The notes under the pieces were generated by a model, which made no database searches, was not told the origin of the DNA, and saw nothing but the letters and a program-made list of their open reading frames with translations. The translations under genes and the position numbers were made by a program. A stretch of DNA of 64,000 nucleotides from Paramoeba atlantica (taxonomy: Eukaryota > Protista > Discosea): assembly GCA_977017575.1 (NCBI GenBank), contig CDRNVI010000054.1, positions 124,001-188,000 on the forward strand. The letters run 5' to 3'. Numbering within the stretch: the first letter of the stretch is position 1; every line of letters begins with the position of its first letter. Positions 22,801 through 35,045 of the stretch are shown piece after piece.

Positions 22801-23517
22801 GCCCAAAAAATGCTCTTCACGCCACATAGGGTACATACGGGCCGCATAAATCTAGTCTTGGACAATCTTAAAGAGTCGCTCTCGAATGGGCGGAGGGTGC
22901 AACAACAGTCCAAACTCTGGGGCACACCTGAGGTCACGTATGAGGTCCCGGACGCGAAGCTCGTCTTCTGACTCAAGCCACGGCCCCCATGTTAAAGGTG
23001 CGTAAGTTGTAAACTTTGCCGGGTCCGTTACGATTTGCGGTGTCAGTTGCCCGTCCTCGGTTTTCCGCCCCCCTGGCATCACAGCACGCGCGCTGGAGAT
23101 TTCCAAAGAATAATAGTTAATATCCGGGTAGGGGAAATCATATGCCAAACCAGGCTCGTCCGACCACTTGGCCTCCAATGCTCCAGACCCATCGTCTTTG
23201 ATCGACATATTTCCAACTACTGTCTGACGATGCGTATCCCCGACATGGCCCCATACCGCTTCGACCGACACCTGGTAACCCCGCGCCACTAAGGACTTAA
23301 CCTTAGCGGCGAACTCCATCTTACCCTCCTCGGTCATGGCCTCCGCGCCGTCTCCCCCACGAAGCAAAGCCGCCACTTGCTCCGGGTTGAGTGTATGTCG
23401 TTGCTCTCTTCCTTGTCTGAGAGTAGGTGTGACAGGTTCATTGGGATCTTGAGGGTTTGGGCTGTCCTGTCGCGCCATAAACAATGTGCGTCGTACGGTA
23501 TTTAAGATACCGGCCAT
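19816..23517 (-). mobile_element. YR retrotransposon YR-2, frameshifted, 3' end replaced
   Basis: gag 22852-23517, CCHC knuckle CYKCHRPGHIRAYC (22479-22739); YR WKAAARWTE, HSIKRGA, LAKHQSVTSLLRY; RT KRDLKCGFYQ, IYIDG; RNase H YTDASSKGWGA. Confidence 0.9.
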
Positions 23518-23721
23518 GGAAACGTTTTTGTTGTTTTAGGGAGGAATGTTACTAATACATTATTCACATAATGAAATCTCATAATAACAACACGTTGAAA
23601 CAATCAAATAGTTTAGACCCATTTCGGGGCTGGATTAGAAAAATAGTTTAGACCCCTTTTGGGGCAGCCAATATATAATCATGCTCCTAATATATAGTCT
23701 CCTAAATTTCATCTCGTAAAC

Positions 23722-24619
23722 TCATAACAATGCTGCAAATGCCCCATACGCCTCAACTGCCATAATGGTAAACGGTACATCTTCCGGTGGGCGCATCCCT
23801 ACCATAAGTTTTTGATTCCCAACTCGTAACGATACATACGCACATCCCGTTGCTATTTGATTTTTCTTTGTAGACAATGCCCCGTCAGTATATAAATGCA
23901 TTTCATTTGCACGAATTTTGAACGGCACATCGCCCTCTTCTACGAATTGTGCCTCCTTGGAGGAAGTAACCCTTTGATGTTTACCTGCCCACGGCCCTGT
24001 TTTCCATTTGACGTATTTTGGGCGAGGCTCCAACCGGTCCTCTAGTTGTTGTATCTTAGAGTTCAGAGATGCGCGACTGATGGAGAAGTAAAGAAGTTCT
24101 GCCGCATTCATGCCAATGTCGCGTGCACACGCCTCTAGAATTGATTTTGATTTGGTATTTACTTCTTCTCTCCAACCCATAGCCTGACAAAATATGGAAG
24201 AATGTCGTATAAGATGTTCCATTAGTTTTGCTCTCTGACATCGCGCAATGGTGCTTAACTTTTTATCCCCACAATATAAAGATTCTAGTCTCATTCTCTT
24301 TGTCCCATGAGTTCTTGACTCCACACACTATGCGACGCATTTTTGAGATTTCAATGTCAAGATCGTGTAGCTCAAGTTGAGATGCATTCCATGCACTACA
24401 TCCATAGGACACAATAGACAAAACTAGTATCTTAAACAATCTTAAGCGACATTGCGTTGAAAGTGAAGATTTCCATATCGGATTAAGTCTTTGCATTGCG
24501 TACCATCCTAGTCGAATACGGTCTCGGGGAGCAAAGTGCGCGTCCTCAGGATTTATGGAGCTCCCCAAGTACCGGTACGTTTTTACAAGCGGAACTTCTC
24601 CCAACAAGGTAACTTTCAA
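23722..24619 (-). pseudogene. RT thumb and RNase H N-part of an APE-type (ingi/RTE-like) LINE
   Basis: VKTYRYLGSSI..RIRLGW..RLRLFKILVLSIVSYGCSAW; LYTDGAL..GCAYV..MAVEAYG. Confidence 0.75.
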
Positions 24620-24622
24620 AGA

Positions 24623-27600
24623 AGAATTGTGCCTCGCATCATACTACAAATAAATTCAAACAGAAACAAATCTCCTATAGCATGTTCAACCTCATCACTT
24701 TACTTTCAACCCATTCATATCATGATGTACATTATCAGATATCTTACTCCTGTGATTCACATTCAGATTCATATTACACATTCATATCTCGTTTTCATAC
24801 CTCAACATATTTCACCTTCTTTGTCATATTCACCTTCTTTGTCACTTGCGAACGGGTAGTCCGCCCCACGTGGGGAGTGGATGGGGGATGGTGGGCGGGG
24901 CAAACTTTTCGTCGCGGAAATATGAAAAAATATTCTTATATCAATCTTCATGCTAATACATATTCACATGTACATTAATATTATCTCACAAGTTGAATTT
25001 CAAAAACATGCGTACAATGCCCGCCGGCTATTCGGCAAAATAAGCTCAATCATGTAAATTCAAAATCAATATTAAAATCAAAATGATGCGCTGGACAATT
25101 CTTATCGTAAACTCTTAGAATTGCGCCTCGCATCATAGTACAAATAAATTCAAACAGAAACAAATCTCCTATAGCATGTTCAACCTCATCACTTTACTTT
25201 CAACCCATTCATATCATGATGTACATTATCAGATATCTTACTCCTGTGATTCACATTCAGATTCATATTACACATTCATATCTCGTTTTCATACCTCAAC
25301 ATATTCATCTTCTTTGTCACTTGCAAACGGGTAGTCCGCCCCACGCGGGGACCACCCAATCGCTAGTCCCTCGTACGTTCCATTCACCCTTTCGCACGTC
25401 CAGTTTGCCGCCGTCGTTGATTTAAATGTTCTCTCTTTTTTTTTTCTTTTTTCCGGGGTTAGGTTTTTTATTTATGTGTGCTGTATTATGTATTGCGTGC
25501 ATCTATTTACTATCAATAATGTCCTCGGCTTACTGGGTCTGCAGGATTATTTTCAGATGATACATAACGCGGGGATATTGCGAAGCCATGTCGTCGAAGC
25601 GTTTTCAATACTGCTTTTAATTCTGTTGTAATACCATCTGATTTTGAGACCTGTCGTTTCATCGCAGCTAAGCAGGAGGTATTGTCTATATACAAGTCGA
25701 TACACGTGTCGCGATTAAAGCGATGAACGAAGTGCTCCAAAGCAAGACGAACGGCCCTCGCCTCCGCTTTGTTGACTTCGTACTCGTATTCCTCGGGCCA
25801 TTTATCTCCAGCACACAGCATTTGCCCATAATCTAAGTATAGAACGGCGCCCCATCCCTTGGACGAGGCATCTGTAAATAACGTGTGATTGTGCGGAACG
25901 GCATCTGGGTGCGGCAAAGGGGTTACAGGAATATTACTCAACTTTTTGTTCCATCTGGTCAATGAGATTCCGACATAAGCAGGCAACATTGCGCGTTTAA
26001 TTCCCAAATCTGGATTCCGATTTAATGCATTTATGCGTCGTCGAACAATTTTTAATATCATGTGATACTCCGGTAACGGTTCTCCCAAAATTCCGGATGC
26101 ATATATCATTCTACCTACAGCTGATTCTAAATCGTCGTATGTTATCGTACGGAAACTATGTTTTCTCAACCGTGCTACAATTTTCGGCACAAGCGCTACT
26201 TTCTTCTCGCGATGTAAATATGACACTCCATTGAAAATATAATTTTGCTGGGGAGGAGTCCCGTGGTCTTTAAATCTTGCATTTATGAATGATGACCTGC
26301 GATCTACGAATTCACGGAACTTACTCGCCGTCTGGAAATCCCCGGCAAAACGAATTCCATCAATGTAAACATCGGCGCCTTTTACCGGAAATCTATCTTC
26401 TTTTGAACAGGATTGCGGGTCGCCAGCCAAAACTGCGGTAATCGAATGCATCCACTCTGGAGCACATCGATGTCCCATGGGCATAACTGTTAGTCATGAC
26501 TGATCGGAAACGAAATTTCCGACAGTCAACTGATCGGAAACGAAATTTTGCTCTCGAGTCAATTGGAATTCCTACTTGATAAAAACTGCATGCGAGATCC
26601 CTTTTAATTCCGTAATCTTGCTTCACCTGGTGTAAATAGTAGGCAGCATGTCGTAAAGGAATGGAAGGCACGTACGATTCCCGAATTCGAGCGTTGTCTG
26701 CTCTCGTCTATGCAATGAATCTTCTTCTTTCACAGATACCATCGTCGCCGTCAGGCTCCACTACAGTGAATGGAATGACCCATTGATTTGTCGGGCGTTT
26801 TGTCTCTTGTTCGTGGGACACTTTCGATACAAAGCCTGCGTCAATTAATAACTGTACATCGCTTAATGGGACAAAGAAAAATTGAGGAGATTCTTTTTCT
26901 GGTTCTGGTAACAGAGCAAACATTTCACGTGGTAGGTACTCGCAGCGCTGACGCGTTTCCTCATTCATTAAACTCATGACTCGTTTGAAATTAATTTGTG
27001 CAATGTCAAATTTCACATGTAGCGGTAAATGAAAATTCTCTTTCGTCGCTAGCTTGGTAGTTCTTTTGGTTCGCACGATAGTGTGCTTGATTTTCTCCTG
27101 CGGCATGTCCCGCAGGAACTCGCGAAATAAAGACCCTGATTCTATAGCGTTTTCAGGAGGGAGGTCGCGTTTGCGGTTCCCAACGCCAAAGCTGTTGTCA
27201 CTGGGTCGCTGTTGTATCGGAGGAGTGATTCGATCTCTTGATGCTTCGCCAAATTTTTCAAATCTTCCAATGTTAACTTTCCCTGTGCTACCTCTCGAAA
27301 TAGCATTGTAATTGCCCCCCTCTTGGCTGAATGAGTCCCGAACCCCGCACCTAGAATGTCGCGAATCTTGCTGTCCATCTTTCGCACTGTTGTTCGACAC
27401 AGGACTTCGTAAGACTTCAGAATACGTAGGTGATCCGCTATTTCGAGAGTTCCCTGTCCCGATATGACTGTATACATTGATTTTTTCCACGGGTTGCATC
27501 TTGAGGTCTTTGTGCCTCGACCCCACCATATTATGATCCGGTTGGAGTTTACTTCCACAAAATTTTCCTTTCGCAGGGCAGCCGTTTCGCTCCATCTCGA

Positions 27601-27770
27601 TGCACTCTTCCAACATATTAGCATTGTGACACTTTCGTTCGCCTCCAGGTTTGATCTTAGACGACAAAGAAGGTGTGGTGTCAGCGGCGTCATTTGGTGC
27701 ATCGGCTCTCCCGCTCCCTCTGCTTGCAGGGCTCGAACAAAGAACTTGAGTGAATTTATGTTGGCCCCCG
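24623..27770 (-). mobile_element. YR retrotransposon YR-3, 5'-truncated, with B1-A2-linker-B2
   Basis: YR WKSASRWSE, HSAKRGA, LAKHQEIESLLRY; RT KRDLACSFYQ, VYIDG; RNase H; B1 ~25117-25350 = B2 ~24623-24875. Confidence 0.9.
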
Positions 27771-28097
27771 CTAGGTTGAATAAGGTCATGAGATTTCTGC
27801 CGTACGTTACACTGCCGCCAAAATTTAATGTTTTTTTAATTAGTGTTGGACCCATGCAAATATTAATTAAAAAAACATTAATTTTTGTCCCACTAATATT
27901 TGTATGGCGAAACAAAAAATGCCAGAGAGCTAGAAAAATTTCGAGAGGAGAAAAAGCATTACAGTATGTCCATAACACGGCGTAAAAAACCCCAAAATAA
28001 CTAATGAAAGCTCTCTGGAAATTCAAAAGTTTACCAATAAAGAAGTAATCATTACTCATCATTTTTTTCATGACTATATTGAGCGAATCCAGTTTGA

Positions 28098-28583
28098 TCA
28101 ATTGCGCGGCCCTATTCCATAGGATGTCAATGGGGCAATGTGCAATTCTTTGGCGGACTTATATTGCTCTCTACGCTTACGTGTCATTCCGCGTAGGCGG
28201 TGGCGCAGATTGGCAATATCTTCGGCTTCGCGTCGCTGCATTTCGAGGTCCCCACTCGATAGTATTTTCCGAGGGCGTCCGCGTTTTCTTCTTTCACTAG
28301 GTAAATTGGAGGTAGCTATCTCGTCGTTTGGTATAGGCAATGGAGTTTGCTCTTGATCATCCGCGTCAACGAATATGTTGTCCCCTGATGATCCTAAGTG
28401 AGTTTGTAAGTTTTTATACGCATCAAGGCGAGAAGAGCGCGTTTTTACTTCACCAAACAAAACCTTGGGTATTTCTGTAACTTCCCAAGAGGCAAGAATT
28501 TGCGCAGGAGAAATTTCATTCATTGCTTGGATGATATAGGAAACCTTTTTTTCGCGACAGAGAGTGCGGGATGTGCTTACCAT
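28098..28583 (-). CDS. Hypothetical 161-aa ORF with AT-hook
   Basis: KRGRPRK motif; no other recognisable domain. Confidence 0.3.
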   Translation of the reverse strand: MVSTSRTLCREKKVSYIIQAMNEISPAQILASWEVTEIPKVLFGEVKTRSSRLDAYKNLQTHLGSSGDNIFVDADDQEQTPLPIPNDEIATSNLPSERRKRGRPRKILSSGDLEMQRREAEDIANLRHRLRGMTRKRREQYKSAKELHIAPLTSYGIGPRN

Positions 28584-28643
28584 ATTAGATACTGCCGTGC
28601 TGTTCTCAGAGCCCGAAAAAATACGGGCTATACATACCCCTGC

Positions 28644-28705
28644 CGGGTAAATGGGTAATTACCCGGGTAAATTACCCATTTACCCGCTTTACCCACGTTT
28701 ACCCG
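28644..28705. repeat. GGGTAA(A)T palindrome/iterons upstream of hAT-like ORF
   Basis: CGGGTAAATGGGTAATT ... AATTACCCATTTACCCG 17-bp arms plus two more TTTACCC. Confidence 0.85.
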
Positions 28706-28856
28706 CTCGATGACAGGAACTGAAAAGTTGTACCTTAAATGATTTTGAATGTTTTATTTTTGTATCTCTATCGGAAAAATCTCAGATTCTTTTTCCTTCA
28801 ATCATAATATCATTCACTTTGCTGATAGCGTTGCACTTTTATCTTCTATTTATTAC

Positions 28857-30350
28857 ATGCCCAAACGAAGATCATCGACAGTCAGTACGCCCGAACCGAT
28901 CGCTTCATCTGAATCAAGCTCTGAGGATGAGATGGTGACCCCGGACCCAAAGCGATCAAAGCGAAACGAGCGGCACAAGATGACGGTGAAGTCTTTGTCT
29001 GGGCACTTTAATTTGGCTCGTTGCCCGCCAAACTGTCCGCATGAACACGCGGATGTTCTCACAGACCCCCTTAACCAAAAAGTACACTTTGTGTGCACGA
29101 CAGAGGGTTGCACGTTTCAATCTCATTGCCGATTTAAAAACGTCTATCATAAGCATGTACGCGAGTGTCGTGAGGGCGTGGAGCGAGCTCGCTTGGCGAC
29201 TGCGCAGGTTTCGTTTATTCAAAGAGCGGCCGTTCAAAGATTCGCTGGGAAGGTGCTCCCATGTCTACAGACCCTAACAAACCTTCCGTCGAGTAAATTC
29301 GTTTGGCTGATTCGCAAGTATGAGGATCTCCGCCCCGACCTTCCACCGAATGTTATCAAAAAGGCTATTCCGGAAACAAATTTGAAGCAGTGGCATCAAC
29401 ACTGTGAAATTTTAGCCCACGAAGTCTGGGAGAAGCTTTGCGCTGCCATTGACTTACACATGGTGTACGGAATTGCCGTTGATGCAGGAATCGACCGAGC
29501 AAAGTCTGAGCACATTTTATTGTCCGTCTTATATGTAGGCCCTGAAGAATACGTCTTACCTCCCATTTATTCTCCTAGTCATCGTGCTTTTGATGGAAAA
29601 ACAGTAGCCGAACAACTAGTGTTTACTCTTCAGGCGAATCTTGGTGAGCACCGACTTTTAAAGCTAAAATTCATGATCGCGGACGGAAGTTCTGTGAATC
29701 ACGTGGCACGTAACAATTGCGAAGGAGCTCTCAAACGCATATATGACCAAATTTCCCCGATTGGGGAGAGTGAAACTGCAGCACTTCAGCAAGGCATATC
29801 TTCTCGTGTCCCTTCGATAATACTCCTGTCTTGCATAGGTCATATGCTGAATAACATTTGCCAAACGACCTTGAAGCCCTACGAAGAGTCGCCGTGCTTT
29901 CTTTTCAAAAAAGCGTTCAGTCAGTCCTTTTATTCAGGAGGACGAGCGAGTGCATCAAAAGGGAAATACAAGGGAGTTGCTCTGGATCTCGCTCTGGCTC
30001 GCTTCGATCAGGGAGTTATGAAGGCGGAAGAAACCTTCCGTCAATCGTACCATGGCCTTGGGGAGGATGCCCCAGTTTTCTGCCGTCAACAACTACGATC
30101 TACTCTAATCGGATGCCTCGAAAAGCTGAAGGAGGTATCTCCGGACATGTCCAATTCTCTAATAGGGAGAAGCACTTCTTTTTCACAAGACTCGTCTACA
30201 AAAAAATCATAATATGCGCTTTTGGAACGATGTTCTCTGGTTCCGTCCCGGATGGATCGTTCAGTTCGCTCGTCCTTGTGGTCTTCTCCCCATCTCGGTA
30301 GCTCGAGCAAATAATGTTTTTGACAAAAATGCGGACGGTCCGTCGGCCGA
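28857..30350 (+). pseudogene. hAT-like transposase, frameshifted after 30212
   Basis: Zn-finger-like C-x4-C..H..H, GIAVDAG (Asp), FMIADGSSVN (Asp), LLSCIGHMLNN (CxxH). Confidence 0.65.
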
Positions 30351-30360
30351 GCAGCCGATC

Positions 30361-31254
30361 TTAGCATATATCACTGTTATAAAGTTGCACAGCACGCTCT
30401 TTTAACCCAGAAATAATGAACTGATCCGCTGGCTGAAACACGTGAGTCATTTTTTTCGGGACGCAAACTACTCCACAAGACGCATCCTGAAGTATAGAAT
30501 CTGTACTACCATGCTGGGTCGCTTCATCAATGATCAGAAGAGCCCGAGCTTCCGGTTTCTTTTGCGCTTCACGCTCCAAAGAAAGTATTTCTTTAAAACG
30601 CGCTAAAAAGGTCGATCAAGTTGAAGAATCCTGGAAATGAGATTCTTTTCTGGCACATTGAAGAACGCGTGGGTCATTGCCTGTGTTTACAAATGCACGA
30701 CTTGTTCCTTGGTAAATGAATTGCAACATCTTAACACTTCCTGCCGCAGATGACAAAACATTGCAAGTGAATCCCTGTTTTTCTTTACGAACAGATATTG
30801 TACGCTATTCTCCGCGATCAATGCGCTCCCATGTCCAAGTAGCGTTCGATCTGCCTAATCCCAAACACGCAAAAAATTCGTCAGAATTGAATACAAACTC
30901 TTTATCGCATATACCTTTGAAGACCTCAAGTTGGAAGAAAAATTTCTTAGATGATTCGATTACTTCGCCTGGAGTCACGGTACGGTCGCTTGTGGCATGA
31001 CGCACGCGTATGTTATTTCTTTTCATCCAATCCTTTGCCCAAGAGGAAGAAAACTTTAGACAACCCCCATTCAAAGTCGTGGATCTAGGTGAACAACCCT
31101 CTTTGATTCCTCGGGCGACGCTTGCTATAAGTGATGCGTAAATAGGGATACTTTGTTCACGTAATTGGTCGAATACTCGCAGGAGAAGAGATGACTCCTG
31201 ATCATTCAGTATATTATGGCGACCACGTGAGCCAATTTCGTTTAAATCCTTCAT
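30361..31254 (-). pseudogene. pogo/Tigger-like (CENP-B HTH + DDE_1) transposase remnant
   Basis: FSSSWAKDWMKRNNI, VFNSDE, LLIIDEATQH, PKKMTHVFQPADQFIISGLK. Confidence 0.8.
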
Positions 31255-31289
31255 GCCTTTGTATAACCCTACGCACGTTATAGAAATGA

Positions 31290-32090
31290 CGCGGCCAAAA
31301 TGCCCACATCGACGCCATGGCGTCCAGCGCTATCCGTACTTCGTGCGTTACCAAAGTCACTCCCATGAGATGCTGTGTCAATTTCCTTCTCGCTTGGTTT
31401 GATTGTTGCAAACTCAAAACTCCTCCGTACACTTGCGTCGAGTTCACCAACCTTCCTTTCAAGTTTACTGAGCTTGTCACATATTCCCCTGAACAGTTCT
31501 TGAAACGTTTGGTTACTAGCGAGGTTTCCGCCCCAAAGCGCCCCCGTTTCCGGGGGGCCGGGACACTGGCAATTTTCGGGTGGTCGTCCTATAACGACTT
31601 TCCGCTCTGATGAGCGGTGCCAGACACCCGCGACCGAAAATCCGGCTGCTGGCGTAGATACGGACACTGGCGTAGGATATGATCGGGGGAACGACAATTG
31701 AAACACAATAAACGATTACGGCAAGGTAGTCCACCGGGAAATATGTTGGCTTGCATCGACGGTCCCGGTGGTGGTGGTGGTGGTGGGAAACCTTGGAACG
31801 GTGGTGGGTAATAGGGCGCAGAAAAGTTCGCAGCGTAATACTTCTTCTTGGCTTTATCCCGTTCAGTCAATTGGTCTGCTACGTGCTGGTAAAATTTGTC
31901 ATTAGAACGTTCATCCTTGCTGATTTTACGGTGTACATCTTCAACGTCAATTGCATTTCTTCAACGTCACTTGCGTTTCGAAGTGCACGTTTCGTGTGAA
32001 GATTTCGCCCCCAAACTCTGAAGAAATTTTCGTAAATCTTTGGCCCTTTTAGAATAGCACTTTCTACCTCCTGCTGTTTGCAATGGTGCA
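31290..32090 (-). mobile_element. YR-5 fragment (gag C-terminus and start of YR/RT)
   Basis: CFNCRSPDHILRQC knuckle; AMASMWA like ALKPMWA/AIAPMWT at the other YR starts. Confidence 0.6.
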
Positions 32091-33023
32091 TTCATGTCCC
32101 CACAAATAACCTTCATTGCAGCACTCGATTCGTGCCAGGCATCGAAAAGGGATTTGTCGAAATCATCTTGCTTCTCCTTCTTGGCCGTTACAATCGGGGA
32201 GTACACGTTAAAAATATTGACTTTACTATTCCCAATTCTAACCTCTGCCTCCATAATTCGGTGTGATATTTGTTCGACTGTAAGCGGTTTCGTACTTAAG
32301 AATGCCATACCATTATAACCGGCCGTAGCGCTCATAAGATACATGAATCCATCCTCTCCCAATGTATAATTTTTGATGCACGATGGAGTCATTATTTGCA
32401 AAGCTTAGTCTCGTCTCTTGTAGTGCAAAGATGGATATGCCGTAGCTCTTCATGCAGTTAACCACTTGATGTAACCTAAGGGACCTACGCAGTGCGTTCA
32501 CTTCCGTACTCTTAATTTTCAACGTGTCCACGTTCAAGCTGCCAAGTACAAAGTCCTCGTTCATAGCATAAATGTTGGGTCTCTGCTCCCGGACGCCACG
32601 CCGAGAACAGCATTTGCGCTTCCTATATCTCTTGCGAATCCTTTTAGTATCCAGAGAAGCAACTCGCCCCCCTGACACAAGTATTCGAGGATCCTTCGGA
32701 GGAAAATGAAAAAATCGGTCAACTACTGCATCAAATTTTACCTAGCGGAAACCGTCCGGTTCAACCGACACAACAGAACCTTCCCACATCCTCGTACTAT
32801 AGTCATATGACTTGCACCAGGTTATGACGAACCTCTTCCCCGGAACCATAAGTGACTGCATTCGACACAGGGCCCGCTGCCGGAGTATCGCTACTCCCTC
32901 TCTCCGCTGAGTAGGCAGAAAGAGGTTTCCCCGTTGACACGTGGCCTTCCGTAACTTCTCTTTGACCGAGAGCAAGCTGGCAAAAGGTCCGGACGCCTCC
33001 GCCTTCTCCCTAGAAATATTCAT
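32090..33023 (-). pseudogene. 5' part of an APE-type LINE: N-terminal module + AP endonuclease
   Basis: LGSLNVDTL, IFALQETRL, NIFNVYSP, VICGDMNA; stop at 32742-32744 and one frameshift. Confidence 0.8.
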
Positions 33024-33992
33024 TAATAGGAAGAAATCAACTTAATAGGAAGAAATCAACTTAATAGGAAGAAATCAACTTAATAGGAAGAAATCAACTT
33101 AATAGGAAGAAATCAACTTAATAGGAAGAAATCAACTTAATAGGAAGAAATCAACTTAATAGGAAGAAATCAACTTAATAGGAAGAAATCAACTTAATAG
33201 GAAGAAATCAACTTAATAGGAAGAAATCAACTTAATAGGAAGAAATCAACCTAATAGGAAGAAATCAACTGAATAGGAAGAAATCAACTGAATAGGAAGA
33301 AATCAACTTAATAGGAAGAAATCAACTTAATAGGAAGAAATCAACTGAATAGGAAGAAATCAACTGAATAGGAAGAAATCAACTTAATAGGAAGAAATCA
33401 ACTTAATAGGAAGAAATCAACATAATAGGAAGAAATCAACTTAATAGGAAGAAATCAACTTAATAGGAAGAAATCAACTTATGGGAAGAAATCAACTTAA
33501 TAGGAAGAAATCAACCTAATAGGAAGAAATCAACTTTAATAGGAAGAAGTCAACTTAATAGGAAGAAATCAACTTTAATAGAAAGAAATCAACTTTAATA
33601 GGAAGAAATCAACTTATAGGAAGAAATCAACTTAATAGGAAGAAATCAACTTAATAGGAAGAAATCAACTTATGGGAAGAAATCAACTTAATAGGAAGAA
33701 ATCAACCTAATAGGAAGAAATCAACTTTAATAGGAAGAAGTCAACTTAATAGGAAGAAATCAACTTTAATAGAAAGAAATCAACTTTAATAGGAAGAAAT
33801 CAACTTAATAGGAAGAAATCAACTTTAATAGGAAGAAATCAACTTAATAGGAAGAAATCAACTTTAATAGGAAGAAATCAACTTTAATAGGAAGAAATCA
33901 ACTTTAATAGGAAGAAATCAACTTTAATAGAAAGAAATCAACTTTATAGGAAGAAATCAACTTTAATAGGAAGAAATCAACTTTAATAGGAA
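33023..33992. repeat. Tandem array (TTAATAGGAAGAAATCAAC)n, ~50 units of 19-20 bp
   Basis: Directly visible; no spacers; variant units form a duplicated higher-order block. Confidence 0.97.
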
Positions 33993-34920
33993 TGTGCTGA
34001 GACCAAAGACGTGTTTCGCAATGTCGTTTCTGGATGGTGAGTTAAAGGCATTTTTAAGATCAATGGAGAGAATGGCCTGGCCTTTAAGATATCGATCGCG
34101 CAAAGTGTGTACAATGCGTTCACGTCCCGCTCTGGACAGGTTTCCTTGTTACATCGGGGCGAAAAGGGGCTCAAGCGTGTGCTCGTATCTTTGTAGTAGT
34201 ACAATCCCTGCGAGCTTTCCTATGACCTCCCCCATAGCTATTGGTCGAAGCCCCCCGTCTGGCTTAGGAATCGCAACGAGTCTAGCACGGTTCAATCGTT
34301 GTATTACTTGCTTTGAAAGGAAGCCATTCAGCAAATCCGCAATCATATGACATAAATTGATAACCGCTGGCTCATCGTCGACTAGAAGTCTCAGGGTGGT
34401 ATCCGTAGTCCCTGATGGCCCTGGGCTGGCACCTTTGGCCAGTCGTCGGCAAGCTGCCCGCAACTCCTCTGGTGATATTCCGGCAATTATGGGGCATCGC
34501 TCGGTACCCGTAACTCGGAGGGTCGTTGGGGGTGAAGTTCTCCCAGCTTCTCGATAGTTTCTTGATCCGATAATTCATTTTTCTGGAATGTTTGATCAAG
34601 AACTTTCGCTGCCTTAGTGTTGCATCCTTCCAGAACCAATCGTGTCGACTTTTTTATTGCTCGATCATCGCTGTCTTTTTCTTGATCAGTTTCGCTTTCT
34701 TTATCGTGAATCGCTTCCAACGAACGTCCTTCTTCATTATTGTGGTTCGAATCAGATGGCGGGCGTCGTTTCCTTTGTCTGTTGCTGAGCGTTCGTATGT
34801 TGGCTAAGGAGAGCTTGGTGGCCGATAGCACTTTATTTCATATGCGATTACGTTCAGGGTAGTCACTGTATCCGTACGCGTGTATTATGTCACGATAGAG
34901 TGCCACTACTGCGGGAATAA
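33993..34920 (-). pseudogene. Family-2 CRE-like RT N-region fragment
   Basis: RLAKGASPGPSG, RARLVAIPKPDGGLRPIAMGE; homologous to 13639-14892. Confidence 0.85.
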
Positions 34921-34934
34921 ACTCAGGGCTAAGA

Positions 34935-35045
34935 TCGAACTCCGTTCGATGAATATTTTTTCGAACAGGATGTCCTGTTCGATGAATGTATTGCAGTACG
35001 ATCCGTTCGATGAATCATTCATCGAACAGGACATCCTGTTCGATA
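34935..35045. repeat. Nested palindromes of GTTCGATGAAT / TCGAACAGGA
   Basis: tcgaacaggatgtcctgttcga, gttcgatgaatcattcatcgaac, tcgaacaggacatcctgttcga. Confidence 0.85.

Noticed and set aside
24602-24611. SL-like TACCTTGTTG
   Set aside because: 10-nt match inside LINE coding sequence (VTLLG), followed by G; chance.
33023-33992. CRISPR array
   Set aside because: Contiguous repeat units with no spacers and no cas genes; eukaryotic context.
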